NCBI RefSeq assembly: GCF_009834535.1
Contig: NC_045697.1
Coordinates: 53,632,001-53,696,000 of the forward strand
Length of the DNA: 64,000 nucleotides
From: Camelus ferus
Lineage: Eukaryota
Direction of reading: 5' to 3'
Under the pieces are notes generated by a model. That model was given only the letters and a program-made list of their open reading frames with translations. It was not told the origin of the DNA and ran no database searches. A program made the translations under genes and the position numbers. This document shows positions 1 through 12,065 of the stretch, one piece after another; within the stretch, counting starts at the first letter, position 1; every line of letters starts with the position of its first letter.

Positions 1-204
1 TGCTAAACAGTCTGTCTTTTCTCTATTGTATATTCATGACACTTTTTTGAAGCTTAACTGATGATAGGTGTGCGGTTCTTTATTTTTATATCCTCCTAAA
101 AAAGTTTTGAAATGATTATTCTGAGTAATTTTTTTCCTATCTAAGTGTATGACATTCTCAACCTTTTTTCTCCCTATCAAAATAGTTGAATTTCATTTTA
201 TTTT

Positions 205-2645
205 TTTAACATTTTATTGATTTATAATCATTTTACCATGTTGTGTCAAATTCCAGTGTAGAGCAAATTTTTCAGTTATACATGAACATATATATATTCA
301 TTGTCACATTTTTTTTCTCTGTGAGCTACCATAAGATCTTGTATATATTTCCCTGTGCTATACAGCATAATCTTGTTTATCTATTCTACAATTTTGAAAT
401 CCCTTCCCACTCCCCCACCCCCCTTGGCAACCACAAGTTTGTATTCTATGTCTATGAATCTGTTTCTGTTTTGTATTTATGCTTTGTTTGTTTCTTTGTT
501 TGTTTTTTAGATTCCACATATGAGCAGTCTCATATGGTATTTTTCTTTCTCTTTCTGGCTTACTTCACTTAGAATGACATTCTCCAGGAGCATCCATGTT
601 GCTGCAAATGGTGTTATGTTGTCAGTTTTTATGGCTGAGTAGTATTCCACTGTATAAATATACCACCTCTTCTTTATCCAGTTATCTCTTGATGGACATT
701 TAGGCTGTTTCCATGTCTTGGCTACTGTAAATAATGCTGCTATGAACATTGGGGTGCATGTATCATCCTGAAGTAGGGTTCCTTCTGGATATATGCCCAG
801 GAGTGGGATTCCTGGGTCATATGGTCAGTCTATTCCTAGTCTTTTAAGGAATCTCCATACTGTTTTCCACAGTGGCTGCACCAAACTGCATTCCCACCAG
901 CAGTGAAGGAGGGTTCCCTTTTCTCCATAGCCTCTCCAGCATTTGTCATTTGTGGATTTTTGATTGATGGCCATTCTGGCTGGTGTGAGGTGATACCTCA
1001 TTGCAGTTTTGATTTGCATTTCTCTGATAATTAGTTATATTGAGCATTTTTTCATGTGCCTGTTGATCATGTGTATGTCTTCCTTGGAGAATTGCTTGTT
1101 TAGGTCTTCTGCCCACTTTTGGATTGGGCTGTTTATTTTTTTCTTATTAAGTCATATGAGCTGCTTATAATTCTGGAGATCAAGCCTTTGTTGATTTCAT
1201 TTGCAAAAATTTTTTCCCATTCCATAGGTTTTTTGTTTTACTTATGGTTTCCTTTGCTGTGCAGAAGCTTGTAAGTTTCATTAGGTCCATTTGTTTCTTC
1301 TTGCTTTTATTTCTATTGCTTGAGTAGACTGTTCTAGGAGAACATTTTTGAGATGTATGTCAGATAATGTTTTGCCTATATTTTCCTCTAGGAGGCTTAT
1401 TGTATCTTGTCTTATGTTGAATTCTGTGATCCATTTTGAGTTGATTTTTGTGTATGGTGTAAGGGAGTGTTCTAGCTTCACTGTTTTACATGCTGCTGTC
1501 CAGTTTTCCCAACACCATTTCCTGGAGAGACTGTCTTTATTCCATTGTATATTCTTGCCTCCTTTGTCGAAGGTTAGTTGACCAAAAGTTTGTGGGTTCA
1601 TTTCTGGGCTCTCTATTCTGTTCCATTGGTCTATACGTCTGTTTTTGTACCAATACCATGCTGTCTTGATGACTGTAGCTCTATAGTATTGTCTGAAGTC
1701 TTGGAGAGTTATTCCTTCAGCCTCTTTCTTTCTCTTCAGTAATGCTTTGGCAATTCTAGGTCTTTGATGGTTCCATATGAATTTTATTATGATTTGTTCT
1801 AGTTCTGTGAAATATGTCCTGGGTAATTGGATAGGGATTGCATTAAATCTGTAGATGGCCTTGGGCAGTGTGACCATTTTAACAATATTGATTCTTCCAA
1901 TGCAAGAACATGGGATATCTTTCCAATTTTTTAAAGTCTTCTTTAATTTCCTTCAGACAAAATAGACTTTAAAACAAAGGCCATAAAGAAATATAAAAAA
2001 GGACATTTTACATTTTATAATGATTAAAGGAGTGATACAAGATGAGGATATTACACTCGTTAATATATATGCACCCACTATAGGAGCACCTAAGTACATA
2101 AAACAATTACTAACAGAGATAAAGGGGGATATTGATTGGAATACAATCATAGTTGGAGATTTTAACACCACATTAACATCACTAGACAGATCTTCCAGAC
2201 AGAAAATAAATAAGGCAACAGAGAAATTAAATAATGCAATAGAAAAATTAGAGTTGATGGATATTTTCAGAGCATTACACCCCCCAAAAATAGGATATAC
2301 AATCTTTTCAGGTGCACGTGGAACATTTTCTAGGATTGATCATGTACTTGAGCACAAAAGAAGCCTCAACAATTTTAAGAAGATAGAAATTATCTCAAGC
2401 ATCTTTACTGACCAAGATGCCCTAAAACTAGAAATCAACAACAGAGAAACAAAGGAGAAAAAAAAGAAAGCATGGAGATTAAACAATACGTTATTTAAAA
2501 AAAACAATGGGTCAATGATGAAATCAAAGTTGAAATTAAAAACTATCTTGAGATAAATGAAAATGAAAGTACAACCACACAAAATTTATGGGACACAGCA
2601 AAGGTAGTGTTAAGAGGGAAGTTTATAGCAATACAGGACTTCCTG
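205..2645 (-). mobile_element. Young L1 (LINE-1), 5'-truncated with 5' inversion, in the promoter of UGT copy A
   Basis: Poly-T tail at ~200-207, then L1 3'UTR and ORF2 C-terminus on the - strand (ORFs 507-749, 825-1019, 1281-1877). The strand switches at 1952-1955 to + strand ORF2 endonuclease sequence (ORF 2020-2556). Candidate TSD CATTTTATTTT (194-204) / CATTTTGTTTT (2646-2656), the latter followed by AA (TTTT/AA endonuclease site). The equivalent site in copy B (~35775-35790) is empty. Confidence 0.93.
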
Positions 2646-2659
2646 CATTTTGTTTTAAT

Positions 2660-2799
2660 CCATAATACAAAGTACACACTTCAAAGTTCAGCCCAACCTA
2701 CTATAAATTGGTTAGGCGGGACAAGGAAATGTGTTTGGATTGTGAGTCATGCACTTGTTTTAAACTCAGATTTCGTTTCAGCGAGAGTTAATCATGAAG
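2660..2799 (+). promoter_or_regulatory. Putative proximal promoter of UGT copy A
   Basis: HNF4-like CAAAGTACA (2668-2676) and CAAAGTTCA (2682-2690), TATAAA (2702-2707), GC box GGCGGG (2715-2720), AP-1 TGAGTCA (2743-2749). All are conserved upstream of copy B. Motif matches only. Confidence 0.55.
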
Positions 2800-3514
2800 A
2801 CTGTGAAAGGCTTCTGTGTCCTTTTCATGCTGCATCTGGGTTTCTTTGACTCTGGAAGGACTGGGAAAGTACTTGTATGGCCTGCAGATTTTAGTCATTG
2901 GATTAATATAAAAGTGATTCTGGAAGAACTCCACCGTCGTGGGCACGAGATAACTGTTCTGATACCTTCACCAAGTCTCCTGCTTGATCATACCAAGATT
3001 CCCTTTAATGTGGAGATCTTCCAACTTCCGGTAACTAAAGAAACTCTCAGGGAAGAACTCGATACCAATATCTATACAGTTTCTTTTGAACTACCAAAAC
3101 TCTCCTGGTGGGACATGCTAATAAGATCTAGAGAAATGATGAACAATCTTTTAGCAATACCCAAAAGACTATGTGATAGTGCTATTTCAAATAAGGATTT
3201 ACTCAGCAGACTACAGGCAGCTAAGTTTGATATCTGTTTGGCTGACTCTTTAAACTTTTGTGGGGAGTTGGTGGCTGAGATCCTCGGTATTCCATTTATA
3301 TACTCTTTACGCTGTTCCATTGGGAATACCATTGAGAGACTGTGTGCTGGGCTTCCGATGCCTTCTTCATATGTTCCAGGCATTGCATCAAGACTGACAG
3401 ACAACATGACTTTTATACAGAGGCTGAAGAATTGGTTATTGTACACAATGGGTGATATAATCAATTTATATTATATATTTCCAGAATGGGATGCATATTA
3501 CAGCAAAGTTTTAG
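2794..3514 (+). CDS. UGT2C1: UGT2C1-like UDP-glucuronosyltransferase copy A, exon 1 (721 bp; signal peptide and aglycone-binding domain)
   Basis: MKTVKG...[13 protein letters not shown], with catalytic His35 and Asp151. [19 protein letters not shown] resembles UGT2C1 as I recall it. GT donor at 3515 (TTAG|GTAAGA), phase 1 as in UGT2 genes. Confidence 0.92.
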
Positions 3515-5349
3515 GTAAGAAAAATTTGCATGTAATAAGGATTCTTATTTCATATGTTAAATGAAATACTTCTCTGACTGTATGAAAATGTACAAAAGAT
3601 ATTTTTAAGGGTGGATTCAAACTCTTGCTCCTAAACAGTTTTCAATGAAAAAAATGGTAATTCTTTTTTTCTTTTTGTTTTGTTTTAGAAGATTGAGTAC
3701 TGAAAATATTTCAGAGAAGGAATATTCTCTATATTAATGCATAAGTCCTGCTTGATGCTACTAAGTTTTGGGGGGTATCTGGAAAACCCAAATCTGACAG
3801 TGTGTTTAATTCCCATAACTTTGGACTACTCTCTTATTTACTTCCTCTTTTATACACCCTGTTTTCTTTTTTATTTACTTCCTGTTTCTCAGACTTACTG
3901 TTTGCATCCTATCTGGAGTCTTTTGCAGTTCCATAGAGTTTAAAATTTAATTTCCTTGTTACTGATTTTAAAAGATATATCTCTTATACTCTATCATTCC
4001 TAAAAATTGTGTTTATTCCTAAAATTTTTAAAATGTGTTTGTACTTCTGATGTATTGTTCTGTATAGCCATTTCCCTTTTTTGTTTTTTGAGGTATCTGT
4101 TCTAAATCCCTCTGTGAAATTATTTTTTCAAAACTCACAAACAATATGAGTGCTTCTAATGAACTATGCTGCCCAGGAATATGCCTTATGTTCTGAATGG
4201 CATCTGTCATAATCAAGGTTGACAAATTGCATTGAGACATTTCCTGGGCATTCTGTAAGAGAAGAAGGTGCTTTTTTCTCTAGACTTGACCCTAAAGAAA
4301 GTTATTTGCAAAAACTGCTGTACCCACTAGTCACCCTTGTTCAGAGTCCAAGATGCAAATGGCAAAACTGAGAAAAGATAATTTAAAATCTCATCCTGGT
4401 GACATTTTCTGAGTCGTAGATCAAGCAGTGACTGATCTATAGCTGGATCAAGGTCGTTTGTTTGTTTCTGATTCCAGCAGTCTGGTACTCAGTTGTGGAA
4501 CCTCTTTCATAGTGAAGAATTACTGGTAGGACATAGTGATCATGGTCTCTGATTCTTTCCTAGCTGTTTTTACCTAAGAATATTTGGAGGGGTTTGTAAA
4601 TCAATAATCTGAGAAAGAAGAATAAAGGCTTGATAAATAGAAGAAACATGTTTCTTTACTCTCATAAATTTAAAAATACTATAAGATAGATCATTATTTG
4701 CCTATTCAGAATGTAAGATCTTCATTATAAAATGTATTTAAAGCTTTTCAAATTTTTAAAATATAACTCATAGTTTATACAGTTATTAACTGAACCATGT
4801 CATAGATATGTTTAAATAATTGAGAAGGAAACCAGTAAGACAGCATTTCTTTCAAAAAACTACTTGAGGAACTATTTCTAAACATTTTGGAGAAAAAAGA
4901 AATGTTAGGGTAATAGTGCTAGGTTAGACCCCAAAATGATCAAAATCCTATAGTGCAATAATGTCATAATTTGGGAGATTGTCTTTCTACTGCACAGAAA
5001 TGTACAAGTCTACATTCAAATTCAAAGTACCTGAACTCAACATCCACAGTAGAATGATTAAATGACAAAGTAAAACATATGCACATTTTCCTAACGATGT
5101 GAATAATCTTCCAATCATTAATTACTCAACAATGCCCAAGCATAGTATTTAAAATGGCATATGTTTTCGGAAATTTGGGAAATGCTTTCCCAAGTTTGAG
5201 ATATTGTCTCACAATCTCTTCATGCAGATTAAGCATTTTTTTTAACTCTCATACTAAATTCTCTTCATTTCAATCCATTAAACACAACAGATTACTAACC
5301 TAGGAGTGCAGATTTAACAACAAAAAGATATTGATATGAAAGAAAGCAA

Positions 5350-5905
5350 AGCAATCATATGTTCCTCAAATTCTACTCCTAGGTTTATAACCAAGAAAAA
5401 TGAACACGTGTCCACACAAAAAATATACATGATTGCTCGTAGAGCATTATCCACAGTAGCCTAATATGGAAACAACCCAAATGGTCATTAACTGATGTGT
5501 AGATAAACAAAATGAAGTATAGCCAAACAAAAGTATTACTCAGCAATAAAAGGTAAGGAAGTACTGATACACAGTACCACAGGGATGAACCTTGAAAACA
5601 CTATGTTAAGGGAAAGAAGGCAGCACAAAAGACCACGCAGTGTATACTTTCATTTACATTAAATGAAATAAGGTTACTTTGGAATAGTCAAATAAAGAAA
5701 GAAGCAGATTAGTGGTTGCCAGGGGCTGGGAAGAGGGAGAAATGGAGAATGACTACCAATGGATATGGGGTCTCTATGAGGAGTAATAAAAATTTGTAAA
5801 ATATACTAGTGGACATGGTTTCACAACTATAAATATACTAAAAACTACTCAGTTGTGTATTTAAAGGAATTGTGTGTTTTTATAAATTCTATCTTAATAA
5901 ACCTG
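5350..5905 (+). mobile_element. Old L1 (L1MB-like) 3' end fragment, intron 1 of copy A; paralogous copy at ~41050-41610
   Basis: Degenerate L1 3' motifs (aaacaacccaaatg, gatgaaccttgaaaacactatg, agtggttgccagggg) ending in aataaa. Boundaries approximate. Confidence 0.7.
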
Positions 5906-7075
5906 TCAAAAAGATGGTGTGAGAGTGAAGCATCACACAATGGGAATAAGACTATACCCAAAGCTGACACCAGTAAGCCACTGAAATGGGATATGCACTG
6001 AGTATGAAACTGGATTTTGAATACCGTTGTCATTATCAGAATCAAATGCTTAAATTACTGAGATTCACTTGTGATCTCTTACACAGATAGATTGTCCTGG
6101 TCAGTTCAAAATCCCTCACATTTGCTAATCAGAACTTAAGCACACTCAGAACATCAAGAATATTCAAAAAGCCATGTGATGGGAAAACATAAAGCTACAG
6201 AGTCTTCATATTAGTGATACTGAGTATGTATGTCAAAAGGACGCCAATACTGTGGATAAGGTTCCTTACCCCACAGTAATTGAATAGAATGCAGAAATGA
6301 AGCTTGGACTCCAAACAAAGAGAAATTATTTACTTCTCAGTCACTAATTTCAGTTCTTCTGCTGTTAATAGTCACTTCGTTGCCATTGAGTTCAAAGGTA
6401 CACTTTTATTCCTGTTAGTCAGTTAGTCATTTAAATGTATCAAAATACTACATATTTCACCACCAGCTTAATAAACACTGCTATATCTTCCCCGAAGAGG
6501 ACAAAAGGCTTGTCCAAAGGAACTTCCATATTGTATGGCAAAGGAGTAAATCACTTAAAAAAATTTCCTTTTAATAATTCATTCCCAATAAGATGTAATT
6601 AGTTGTGACAGCACAGTGGAAAACACTAGGGAAAAAGAGGGATACAGTAAAAAAGTTGTTTTTTAAGAAACCAGAAGTTCTTGGAGCAACAAGGATGCGA
6701 TAAATTGAAGAGGGTCCTCGAGAAGAGGAGGGGACCCGACCATAGAAGTTTGAGGATCACTGCCTGAGTTTCTTGTTCCTGGCTTGGAGCAGGTGTCCTT
6801 GCTGAGCGTGGAGTGGGGCTCAGGCTTAGCTCAAGCAGAAAGACTCTGTTGGCAGAGATGAAGTGGCAGGCTTTTGGCTTTGTTCCATGCTTAAATTGGT
6901 CTTTGGTTATTGATAATCTCACTATTTGTACTCTTGGGGAAAAGGCCAATGGATTTCACAGAGGTAACATCGGGCCGATATGTTTAAAGATTTCTCTTAG
7001 AAAAGTAGATGGTGAAACAGTTCCCTTATAACATGTCAGCTTGTTTCCTCTCTATCATCCTTCATTATTCTTCAG

Positions 7076-7224
7076 GAAAACCTACCACATTATGTGAGAC
7101 TATGGGGAAAGCTGAAATGTGGTTGATTCGAACTTACTGGGATTTTGAATTTCCTCAACCGTACTTACCTAATGTTGAATTTGTTGGAGGACTGCACTGC
7201 AAGCCTGCGAAGCCCCTACCAAAG
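7076..7224 (+). CDS. UGT2C1: UGT copy A exon 2 (149 bp)
   Basis: ttcag|GAAAACCT...AAAG|gtattt. Encodes [50 protein letters not shown], including Arg259. Canonical UGT2 exon size. Confidence 0.95.
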
Positions 7225-7595
7225 GTATTTGAATGTGCTGATTTTGCCTGTTTGAGAATTTATCTGCTGAAATGATTTCTAGCTCCTTATTGATAGTTTT
7301 TGATCTGCCAACTGCAAACACATGCACAGGAATTAGTGGCCATGACTCTCTTACACTAGTAGACTGCAATCAGCAGGTCAGGAGCCTTCCTTTTGTATTA
7401 TGTGTTATTATCTGGTTGAAGTAGTCCCCGTATTTCCTTTCCTTTTTCATACTTCATTAAGTCTTTATGAACATGTACATTCTGCAGAAATGATAAAATA
7501 TTTCCCAGTATCTCAACAATACCATGCTCCCATTGAAACTTAGGTTAAAGAGAGTGATAACTTTACGTGTTAAGTCAATCTATCTATAAACATAT

Positions 7596-7975
7596 TGTAA
7601 TGGTTAATTTTATGTGTCAACTATCCTGGGCCTGGGACTCAGCTATTTAGCCAAACATCACTATGGAAGTTTCTGTGAGGGTGTTTTTAGAGGACCTTAA
7701 CATTTAAATATGTGGACCTTGAGTAAAGTAAATTGCTCTGCATTTGTGGGTGAGCCTCATCCAATGAGTTGAAGAACTGAATAGAAAAGACTGAACTCTC
7801 CCATGCAAAACAGAGTTCTGCCAGTAGATGGCTTTCAGACTTGACCTACAACAGGGGCTCTTCTCTGAGTCTTCAGTCTGATGGCCTATTCTGTGGATTA
7901 TAATTTGCTGGCCTCTATAATTAGGTGAATTAATTACTTAAAATAAATCTCTTCCCTGTCTTCAGTGTGTCTCAC
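7596..7975 (+). mobile_element. MLT2-like (ERVL) solo LTR, intron 2 of copy A; paralogous copy at ~43280-43660
   Basis: Starts tgtaatggttaattttatgtgtcaac, the typical MLT2 5' end. Contains gtgggtgagcctcatccaat and aataaatctc. Confidence 0.75.
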
Positions 7976-8996
7976 ACTTTTTTTTTTTGTCTTATTTGGT
8001 TGACTTAGCTTAGTTAGTAGCTAAACATAAGAGGAAAAGACTTCTTTTTTCTTCAGTATGATTAAATATGCTATTTTTATCTTGGATTCCAAGCCAAATT
8101 TTTCTATAATATTACTATTATCCCCAAAGTGTGCATTATAAGTATTTCTGCTTTACTTACCTGGTCAGGAGTTATATGTCTACTTCATGTCTTAATGTGT
8201 TTGTGGAAGCTTATATAATGTATAAATATATCCAAATTAAAGAAAATTGAAATTCATATTTAGAATAGAGTAAATTATACTGAAAGGATGTCATTATACT
8301 GACCATGATTCAGCAGAAAAAAGAATGATAATCTTATTATCATCCAAGGCTAAATAAGAAATGAAGCACCAGAACTATTTAACTTAAAGGAGGAAACCAA
8401 ATGCTTAATTTGATGAGCATTCTGAAGAGACTCTTGGAAAGCAATAGAGAGTAATGAATATAGTCATTCACTTTATAAACAACAAGCTTAATTTAGCTAC
8501 TACTTTATAGCTTTCAACAAATTATTTAACCTCTCTGAGGTAGCTTTTCCATCTGCAAATGTATACATATATCTTAAGATCACCATATATCTAAGTTAAA
8601 TGATACATATAAAGAGCTCAACACATGGCAGAAGATAACATGTAGTCAATGATTTGTAAACAGAAAAGCACACACCTCAGAAATGTCTAGAACATAGTAG
8701 AAGGGAGCTTCCAATTTAAATATCTTTTAAAATCATTTATTTTATACAACTTTTAAAGATTACTTTCCATTTATAGTTATTACAAGATATTGGCTTATCC
8801 CCCCATGTTGTACAATTAAATCATTGTTAATTTGCCTAATAACTAATGATTTCAGTTTCTATATTTCATGCTCTGAAATGGTTAACATATGAAAAGACAA
8901 ATTATTCTAATAATTCAGACACATTGAGAAAGCTGTGTGACTAACTTACTTTTGTAAGGGGAAACTTTCATATTATAAAGACTGTTTTCTTCCCAG

Positions 8997-9128
8997 GAGT
9001 TAGAGGAGCTTGTCCAAAGCTCTGGAGAAGATGGAGTTGTGGTGTTTAGTCTGGGGTCAATGGTCAAAAACATCACAGAAGAAAAGGCTAATATGATTGC
9101 ATCAGCCCTTGCCCAGATTCCACAGAAG
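8997..9128 (+). CDS. UGT2C1: UGT copy A exon 3 (132 bp)
   Basis: cccag|GAGTTAGAG...CAGAAG|gtcaga. Encodes [44 protein letters not shown]. Confidence 0.95.
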
Positions 9129-10499
9129 GTCAGATGCTTTTATTTTTGAGGGGCAGCTATTTTAAAATCTATGAGGATCTCCTTAAAAGTGCACTTTTAA
9201 AGTGTAGGAAAAGGTATTGGTGTTATTAGTGTCAACTGAACTGAACTGTAAATTAGAAGTGTTAAATGTTAAAAGAGGATATTTTATGGCTACCTTGCTT
9301 TAAACATGGTACTACTAATAGGAAAACATATTGCCGTATTTTCTTTAAATAATGGGATAAAGCTTAAATCAAGCCACTCCTATTAAACAATTGATCAGCT
9401 TTATGTGCTGGTTTTAACGCTTCCATGTAACCTAAGCTTCTTTTTGCGTTATTTATTTTTTAAATCTGAGGCATATACACAAGGTACAACTAACATGTCA
9501 GAGAATACAGGAAGAGACACTCAAAATTATACCATTGATTCACGGGCTGTCTTGGAAGTATATTTTCTTTTAATTAATGGTTTTGGACCAGGCCCTGGCT
9601 GAACTTGGAACTGACAGCTTAGATTCCACGAATACTCCTAAATAATGATTCTTCTATCTAAACAGTTAAAGATTTTAGTAATACTGTAAAACATTTATGC
9701 AGTTCACTCTATGGCATTCCCACAAACTATGCATTTTTTTTTTATTGATACCATCCTAGGTTATAACTGAGTGATGTGGTTCTTAAACTACCAGGGACAC
9801 ATTTTATTTTGTAGCTTTAGATAAAATAGCTAAAATTATACGTGATTTTAAGTTCCAAAAGATCATGACAATTTTTGTGCACATAACCAAATTACTTTCA
9901 AAAAATGTTTTGTGGAAACAATACCCATTTAAATATCTCATCTAAATGGCATCTTCATGAAAATATTAAAATTTCAATTGTATTAAAATACAATGCTTAA
10001 GGGTGACATCAAGGTAGAGTCAAAAGCACCAAGATCTGACCGTCTACCTCAACAACAACTGTCCTAGCAGAAACTGTCTGAACTATGTTGGAAATATGGA
10101 CTCTATCTGAGCACTTGAAATATGCAGGGGAGAGCCTGACTAGTAGATTGTGGTTAATTTTTTTTGTCAATTTCAGCCCCCTAGAATAGCAGTAGCTTCG
10201 AAGTCTCCATCACCCAGCCCCACTGCAGCCAACATGCCTTTCTCAATAATATAAAGAAAACACACAAAAATAATTATTAAGTTATGTAATTAGGAACATA
10301 GTGTATAAACATGGAATTGATGGCATAAATAACTGAAAGAGGTGGATGAAGCTAAGCTATAAAGAAGCAGAGTTTTTGTATGCTTTAACTTTAATAGATC
10401 AAAAAATAAATCACAAGAGTATTAGAAAATATTTTAAAATAAATGCAAACATTAACCAAAAAAAAAAGAGATGCAGAGAAAGCAAGGCTAAGAGGTATT

Positions 10500-12065
10500 T
10501 TTTAAATTAAACTATTGTTGATTTAACAATACTGTGCTATTTTCAGGCATCCACCAAAATGATTAGGTTATATATATATCCATATTCTTTTGATTCTATT
10601 CCATTACAATCTATTACAAGATATTGAATAGAGTTCCTTGCACTACAGAATAAATCTTTGCTGTTTATCTGTTTGTATATGGCAGTGGGCATCTCTTAAT
10701 CCCATGCTCCCAACTTATCCCTACCACTCCCTTTCCACTTTGATATCCATAAGTTTCTTTCTGTGTCTGAGTCTCTTTCCATTTTGTAAATAAGTTCACA
10801 TATACTTTTTTTTAGATTCAACATATAAGTGATACCGTATAATATGTGCCTTTCTGTGTATCACTTTCTTCACTTACTATGATAGTCTCTAGATCCATCC
10901 ATGTTGCAGCAAAGGGCATTATTTCATTATTTCTATGGCTGAGTGGTATTCCATTGTGTATAGATATACCACATCTTCTTTATCCAGTCATGTCAATGGA
11001 CATTTAGGTTGTTTCCATGTCTCAGCTATTGTTAAGTAGTGCTGTTATGAACATTGTATTCATTGGATTCATGTATCTTTTCAAATTAGTTTTCTATGTA
11101 TGTATGCCCAGGAGTGGGATTATTGGATCTTATGGTAAGAGTTTTCAGTTTTTTAAGGAACCTTCATACTGTTTTCCATAATGGCTGCACTAATTTACAT
11201 TCCTTCCAACAGTGCAGGAGAGTTCCCTTTTCTCCACACTATTTCCAGAATTTATTTGTAGATATTTTAATAATGGTCATTTTGACTCTGGTGAGGTGAT
11301 ACTACATTGTAGTTTTGATTTGCATTTCTCTAATAATTAGTGATCTTGAGCAGTCTTTTCATGTGCCTGTTGGCCATCTGTATGTTCTTTTTGGAGAAAT
11401 GTCTATTTAGGTCTTCTGCCCAGTTTTGATTGGGTAGTTGGTTTTTTTGTTATTGAGTTGTATGAGCTGTTTGTGTATTTTCCAAATTAAGTCTTTGTTG
11501 ATCACAATGTTTACAAATATTTTCTCCCATTCTCTAGGTTGGCTTTTTGTTTTTTATGGTTTCTATTGCTGTGAAAAAGCTTTAAGTTAGATTAGATCTC
11601 ATTTGTTTATTTTTGTAAACACATTGGGAGATTTAGCACCCAGTTTTGTAGACACAAACAAGCAAGTATCTTGGGTTGAGAATTGCAGTAGCATGGCAAG
11701 GACCATATGTACTGGTCATTCTCTGTACTGTAGGTCTGCAGGCCAGCTCCCACAATTGCCTCTCCAGCCTCTGAAGCCCATTATTTGTCCTGACAGACTT
11801 CCTAGCTGGTGAAGGAGTTTTCTAGGGTGAGGGAACCCTCCTCTTTCAGAGCTCCCTCCCAGGGGTGCAAGTCCCATCCTGATTCTTCTTCATTTTTCCT
11901 TTGTCCTACCTGGTAACATGAGGATCATTCTTATAACTTTGTTTGTATGAGATCTTTTGCAAGCTTTCAGTAGGTATTCTGTGAGAATTGTTCCACATGT
12001 AGATGTATTTTTGATATATTTGTGGAAAGAGGTAAGTTCCACATCCCTCTCCTCTGCCACCTTCT
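10500..12065 (-). mobile_element. Internally deleted L1 (3' end at 10500-11620, 5' end at ~11790-12065) nested in an older + strand L1
   Basis: L1 3'UTR/ORF2 end on the - strand and an L1 5' terminus (…tcctctgccaccttct). The host L1 ORF2 (..AKA.LRGKFIAV.AYIEKEE) is split at 10488-10500 / 12068-12085. Confidence 0.75.

Noticed and set aside
3515..3564. ORF-track extensions of exon 1 into intron 1 (256 aa and 271 aa ORFs)
   Set aside because: Read-through past a strong AG|GTAAGA donor; the spliced six-exon model gives a complete UGT.
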